Shown in pieces: positions 58,181 through 64,000 of a stretch of 64,000 nucleotides of DNA. A model generated the notes under the pieces. That model was given only the letters and a program-made list of their open reading frames with translations. It was not told the origin of the DNA and searched no databases. The stretch spans positions 868,001-932,000 of the forward strand of contig OZ025791.1 in NCBI GenBank assembly GCA_964019425.1. Direction: 5' to 3'. Position 1 is the stretch's first letter. The number at the start of each line of letters is the position of its first letter. A program made the translations under genes and the position numbers. The DNA comes from Flectonema sp. DT1601. Lineage: Eukaryota.

Positions 58181-61100
58181 ATGATCACCACGTCAGACGT
58201 TTCTTATATAGTAGCTGTCGGTGGATTGCTGTATGCTATGCAGAGACAGCAAATGGGTGAGGTATGTCCTTCGGTTACTTTATTATCAAAACTGAGGACA
58301 CTACCAAAAAAATTACTACCCACTGGACATGGCGGAACAATATCTTTTTTTCTCCCCCCGTTCTTATCTTGCTCATAAAACGGGAAATTATATATTAATT
58401 ATTTACAGGGCAATTTAAAGGTCGGACATTACTGACTTTTGCATTTTTGTGGAAAAAAAAAAAAAAAAAGTTTCTCCCAAAATCAAATAAAATAAATAAT
58501 AATAATAATAATAATGAAAAGACAATACCAACGTGGGTTAGTATCGAGAATTCAAAAGAGATGGAAATTACAAAATTTGCTTCATAAAATGAATACGTCT
58601 GAAGGAAAGAAAGAGTTAAACGAAACACTTGGTGTTGGATTGTGGTCAAGCGATCAAAACTCAGGGACTGTTCCACCAACAGCTCATCATAAGACTTATA
58701 AAATCCCTCCATTTGACTATACATATAACAGATTTGAAAAAAGTTGCTCCATAGGAATAGATCTCGGAACAAGCAACAGCTGCGTATCGTATCTGGACCC
58801 TGACTCAAATGAACCAATCATCGTACCTATTGAAGGTAAGAATACAGTCCCAACAGTTATTGGACTTGAAAACTACAAAACTAGATATTTTGGAAAGGAA
58901 GCATCGAAATACTCTGGTAAGGCCAATGACATGAGCGTCTGTTCTGGAAAAAGACTTCTGGGAAAGAATATATATGATCAGAATGTTCCAAAGGAAGTCT
59001 ACGAAGATGTAATTACTTTAACTCAGGGAGAAAAAGGAATAGCTGTCAGGTTCACGAGGATCAAAGAAAAAAATATTCACACATCAACAATCACTAAAGA
59101 CCGAATCGAAGGTATTACCACAATGGAGTTCCCTGTTGTTCATATCATCGCTATGTTCTTGAGATACATAAAAACACAATCTGAATTATCAATCGGCATG
59201 AATGTTAATTCTGCCTGCATATCTGTTCCAGCTCACTTCAATGCTGCCCAAAGGAAAGCAACTGAAGATGCTGCCATTATCGCAGGTATGGATGTCAAAG
59301 AGATTATTGACGAACCATCTGCTGCAGCATTAGCCTACAGAGAGTTAGTCGCTGAAGGAACTGCCAGTGGTATTAAAAGAATAGCTGTATTCGATCTAGG
59401 TGGTGGAACTTTTGATTTAGCAATCTTAGAAATTAACTACGATAGCGGAGTGTCAAGGATCCTATCAGCTGGGGGTGACGACACCCTTGGAGGTGATGAT
59501 TTCGATCGCCTTCTCATTGACTATTGGAATGATGAGCTCAAAGATCTCGAGTATGACAGAGATCTATCAATTACCTTCAGCAATAGAGTACGAGAAGAGG
59601 CAATTAAAGCGAAAATTAACCTCGACGAATATGAGGAAGTCAGAACCTCTATCGTCGTGAGGATAAATACCTACACAGCAAAAAAGGTTCCTCTCTCCAT
59701 CACGCGTTTTGAGTACGAACAGCTTCTGCAACCACTTATAGTAAAGTTATCGAAGTGTGTGGACGAGACGTTTAAAAATACATCAATAGAACCTGAAGAT
59801 GTGGATGAAGTACTTCTCGTGGGGGAGATGACGAGAACTCCAGCAGTTCAAAAGTACATTAAAAAATGTTTTAAGAAAGAACCGCTGATTTCATCAATTG
59901 CTACTCCAGGAACGATTGTATCTCTTGGAACTACATTGCGAATCAAACAACTAAATGCTGTCGCGTCAGGGGAATCAGTCAAAGGATTCGTTTATGATAT
60001 TAACAGTCCGCAATATGAACGTACTCTAAATGTCGTACAAAAGTCAATTTATAAATTTCATAAATTCTGGAAGGAAAGAAAAAACTCACCACGATTGAGA
60101 CCTGGAGAAGCCCAGAGCAAGAAGAAGCTGGAAAAGGGACTCTCAGATACAGACATTGAAGAGATGTCAAGAGAGGTTATTGACAATGAATTATACATGA
60201 GAAAGGTAGCTCTAATTAAAAAACTAAAAGCAGACTACGAAGATCTCCTCCTCAGGATAAGTGATTGGAAGGAACCCCGTCAAGGATACTACGATAGCGA
60301 ATTCGATGAACTTATCGAAATTGCGAAGTACTGGAGCTCTTTTGTTACAAAGCAAAATGACAGAGAAGAATACATGGCTCAGGCGTATTGGGAACTGAAG
60401 GCTTACTTTGATGAGCTCTCTGGTGCATCAGAAAAGACTTCTCTTGAAGAAATCGCTTCCGATCCAGAACTATTTCAAGACGTTGCTGAGACCAACGTCC
60501 GTTCGTATGCAAAAACAACAAACGTGTCAAGAGAAGAAGTAGAAGAAGAAGAAGAAGATGACATCATTGAGGAACCCGTTAGAACTTTCCAACGATAGTG
60601 AAGTAATGTACATGTCTAAGTTCTAACCATTCTCTACGGGGAATTGTTAGAAGAGAACTTTACTATGGATGAGAAATAAACAACTGGAGAAAAAAAAAGA
60701 AGGAAAAAAAAAAACGACTGAAAAAACGAAAAATTATGTTTTCCAACGGAAGGATGTGGACAGCATGAATATCTATTCGATGTTATTTCTAAAAAAAGAA
60801 AAAAGGAATCGTTCCATTTGCCTGTCACAGTGGCCTCTCTGAAAAAGGTTTTACACAAGTCGTAAGAGTACTTGGAATTGCTCATTTCCTTTTTAACAGC
60901 GAGTAAACAAACACAGAACTCGAAGATTGCCGTCCTCTTTGCGTCACTATTTTGGATAGCTGTTCGAGTAGCCAACATAGGGAGTTGGTCTTCTCTGGTA
61001 TGTTATTGCACCGTAATATCTTTTTTTTTATTAATAAACCCCCCTAAGGGATACCACCACACAGATGTATCACGTTGCCTTAATTCATGCAGTTTTTTTG

Positions 61101-61592
61101 GCGTTGGCCTTGTCTGCAGTGGTGAGGCTGTATCGCACTTGGGACATTCGATGGTTTATAGCAATGGTATGCTGTCTCGTAGCATTGAGTATTCCATTAG
61201 CTAGAAGTACTTACCATCAGTGTATAGATGATAAGATTCAACCCTTATTAAGTGATGTGGACCCCGCATTAGATGGTGATTCTGAACCAATTTGTCTAGC
61301 CGCAGAACTCGCAAGTACTTTCCGTCAGGAATGTATTGTCTCAACTCGCAACACCAATCCCATAGCTGAGTACATTAGTGAACTCTTCGATGCTGGTAGG
61401 GGTGTTGATCAGGGAAATAAGAAATTTGGGTTATTCAGACAAAAGTACCCCTGCATAGAAATCCTTCACAAATCTACGCACAGTAATTTTTCTGTAAATT
61501 TATTCGCAGTAGTAATTACAATAATATCAGTGGTCGTCACAATCGTTGGATTCGCAACGATTCCAACGACAACTGAAGTTAAAGATGCATAG
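58181..61592 (+). CDS. Predicted ~229-aa multipass membrane protein; exons 58181-58261, 60917-60997, 61065-61592 (first intron would contain the Hsp70-like gene)
   Basis: Donor GAG|GTATGT at 58262 and acceptor aaacaaacacAG at 60916 join in phase 0. Second intron 60998-61064 is also phase 0. Exons 2-3 are well supported; the exon 1 link is inferred. Confidence 0.55.
58514..60598 (+). CDS. Atypical Hsp70-family protein (nucleotide-binding domain, no recognisable SBD-beta)
   Basis: GIDLGTSNS, ISVPAHFNAAQRKATEDAA, IIDEPSAAALAY, VFDLGGGTFD, LGGDDFD, VLLVGEMTRTP. Confidence 0.9.
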   Translation: MKRQYQRGLVSRIQKRWKLQNLLHKMNTSEGKKELNETLGVGLWSSDQNSGTVPPTAHHKTYKIPPFDYTYNRFEKSCSIGIDLGTSNSCVSYLDPDSNEPIIVPIEGKNTVPTVIGLENYKTRYFGKEASKYSGKANDMSVCSGKRLLGKNIYDQNVPKEVYEDVITLTQGEKGIAVRFTRIKEKNIHTSTITKDRIEGITTMEFPVVHIIAMFLRYIKTQSELSIGMNVNSACISVPAHFNAAQRKATEDAAIIAGMDVKEIIDEPSAAALAYRELVAEGTASGIKRIAVFDLGGGTFDLAILEINYDSGVSRILSAGGDDTLGGDDFDRLLIDYWNDELKDLEYDRDLSITFSNRVREEAIKAKINLDEYEEVRTSIVVRINTYTAKKVPLSITRFEYEQLLQPLIVKLSKCVDETFKNTSIEPEDVDEVLLVGEMTRTPAVQKYIKKCFKKEPLISSIATPGTIVSLGTTLRIKQLNAVASGESVKGFVYDINSPQYERTLNVVQKSIYKFHKFWKERKNSPRLRPGEAQSKKKLEKGLSDTDIEEMSREVIDNELYMRKVALIKKLKADYEDLLLRISDWKEPRQGYYDSEFDELIEIAKYWSSFVTKQNDREEYMAQAYWELKAYFDELSGASEKTSLEEIASDPELFQDVAETNVRSYAKTTNVSREEVEEEEEDDIIEEPVRTFQR

Positions 61593-62345
61593 GAAGACAG
61601 CCTACACTAATTGCATTGTACTTGACTCTTAGACACGATCTCTCAGATTGGGACACCTAAATCGATTTTATCAATTTATCACATGTCTGTTTCTGATTTA
61701 GTGAAAGCATACTTTCTGTTGCTTCTTGTAATTTGGTTTGTGAATTAGAGATCTATTCACACTCATCGTGATGAGGAGAAATTAGTAAATTTCTTGTTAT
61801 GTGGATTGTGTGGATGACTGTAATCTTCGTTGGCGTTTCAGCTTGGGAAAAAAAAAAACTTTAAAAAAAAAAAAATATATCCACCACTGCCTCCTTAAAA
61901 TTCCTGCCAGTAAGAAAAGTCTAAAAATATGAAACGGAAAAAAAAAAAAAAACAATAAAAACACGGTTCTTTGAGAAATCTAACTCGTCAGCATGCATTT
62001 CATCGTGAGTTACGAAAGCAAAACACGCATTTGACCAATTTTGTATTTTCCAGGAATAGAGTTTTTTTATTATTATATTCTTTTTTTTAATATATTCAAA
62101 GTACAGTATTATTGTTTTATTTAAATTAATCGGAAAAGCTCCGATTCCACGAAAAAAAAAAAAAAAAAAAAAAAAAAGTTTTCCAAAATCTCCAAACTCA
62201 TTACAAAAAAACTTCTTATCTAGTCAGAACCACCACTCACTATGACACAAAATAATTCGGCGCGAGAGTGATTTAGAAATAATACATTACAGTAGTTATT
62301 ATAATCAATTAATATATTATTATATAATGTTATCTTTTCACAGTC

Positions 62346-63854
62346 ATGGAGGTTTACGCGGCAACCACCTTCTTGGGATGTAGGAGTTCAGCAAGCCCTG
62401 TTAGAAGGGTTCTTCGCAGTCCAGCACCTCCGTTATTTGTAGGCAACACCAGATTGAGGGAAGAAACGGAACGGGGTAAGGACGAAACTGCTGGATTTGG
62501 AAATCGTCGAATGGAAGTTGCGAAAAAAAGCAATCAAAAAGTACTACTATTTGGTTACTTTATAAAGCTGTGGGTGTATCAAGGTTGGAAAAGACGAGAG
62601 CGATCGAAGAGAAGCTCTAAGCCGATTGATCGTCAGAGCCCTTCTCCAGCGAGAACTATAACAACGACATCAACGGAATCACAAACAATTCCAATCCAGC
62701 AAACAGACAGTCCGATACTTCAGAATGATATAGCTAGATTAAAGGACACTCTTCGTTCAATAACTAAAGATCAAAATCTTATTCTAAATGAACGAGACGA
62801 CTTACTTGACACCATCAGTCAGCTTGGACACAAACTCGAACAGGTTCAATATTTCGTCACAGATAGACATCGCGGTATCAGCGGAACAAGAACATCTCAA
62901 TTACTATTAAAAAATACAACCAACCTAATAATAGCAAGGTTTTACAGACTTTGGATTCAGAGTAAAAATAACAAAAAAATAGCTGTTACCTTTACTGTTC
63001 CGAAGGAAGAAGTAAAAATAAAGGAAGTAAAAATTTCAACAGAAAAACACCCTCTACTGAGAAAGTATTTCGGGCTATTATCTTCTAAAATAAATAGAAG
63101 AAGACGTACGAAGGTACCATCAGCTGAAGATTGTTTTTTGTTGAAAAAGTTTTACGAAATGCTGCTTCAAAATAAAAAAAATAATAAAAAGAGGAAATCT
63201 CCTGAAATAGTGCCACAGGTTGTAAGTCCAAGTGGAACATTGCCTGTTGGTTATTCTGTCGAAGATTTTCAGAATTTGAGACTCATGGAAACAACTAAAT
63301 CATCTAAAGAAGAAATGTCTCAAAATAAAACTAAAGAAAAAGACTACGGTAACAGTTTCCTTGAACTACATGAGGGAATAAATTATGAAAGAATGGTCTG
63401 GTTTTGGTGGAGTAAGTGGACCCGTCATGTTGCTTGTAATCAGTTATCTAAGAAACACTCACTGGATGCTTTTAATATCAAAATACTTCGTACGTCTTAT
63501 CAGAGTCTGGTATCTTACGCGGGTTTTTGTTTACAAAAAAGATCGAAGACTCCTGTGGATGTGGCATCTCCGAAAACCCCTTCCTCGATATCACTATCGG
63601 CAGTCATTGGAGATACCAGTACGGAAGAAATGGCAACGCCTATTAGAGTATGTGTTTCTTTTTTTTTCCCCCACAGACGAACCGTTTTCTTTATTATGTC
63701 ATGATATCTATCTTCTTACTGTCTGCGATGGGCGACACACACGTTTTCTTTTATAAAGAGACTTGATAACAAGTATGAGAAAAAACAAGAAATTCTAAAA
63801 CAGGATACGAGCGACAAGGCCCCAGAAGTATCCAGCCCAGCACAATTTTTTTAG
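62346..63854 (+). CDS. Hypothetical basic/coiled-coil protein; exons 62346-63647, 63804-63854
   Basis: 452-aa ORF; phase-0 GTATGT..aaaacAG intron; recurrent short L..YF..L/W motifs. Confidence 0.65.
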
Positions 63855-64000
63855 AAAAAAAAATTAACGGTGTAGTTGGACAGTTTGTAAAAAAAAATAT
63901 AAAAAACTGGTCAAGTATATGGATTACTCTCGAAACCTAATTCCATAGTCATTGTAAACAGCTGTTAAATTATCGTTTATGTTAATATGATACAATACGG

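Overview
AT-rich eukaryotic genomic DNA. About 27 protein-coding genes all lie on the + strand, many with short GT-AG introns, separated by poly-A/poly-T-rich intergenic DNA, with one 200-N gap. The one-strand gene order, the pyrimidine-rich AG sites just upstream of start codons and a kinetoplastid-type CPSF30 suggest a euglenozoan, probably a diplonemid (inference). Recognisable products: PI-PLC-like protein, CPSF30, an eIF2gamma-eIF2beta fusion, AlkB-like protein, arsenite methyltransferase, DED1/DDX3-like helicase, Vps16, ThiD, Ubl-LRR protein, PPR protein, N-formylglutamate amidohydrolase-like protein, PH/coiled-coil proteins, SET-ankyrin protein, two-pore K+ channel and an atypical Hsp70. 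The most notable features are: (1) a 6.1-kb intron filled by 40 tandem copies of a 150/152-bp unit whose nearly invariant 76-nt core is a box C/D snoRNA with a probable SSU rRNA guide; (2) a single ORF fusing eIF2gamma and eIF2beta; (3) an Hsp70-like gene apparently nested on the same strand inside an intron of a membrane-protein gene; (4) cis introns ending in A/C-rich rather than pyrimidine-rich tracts. All exon structures and family calls were made by eye; no searches were run.
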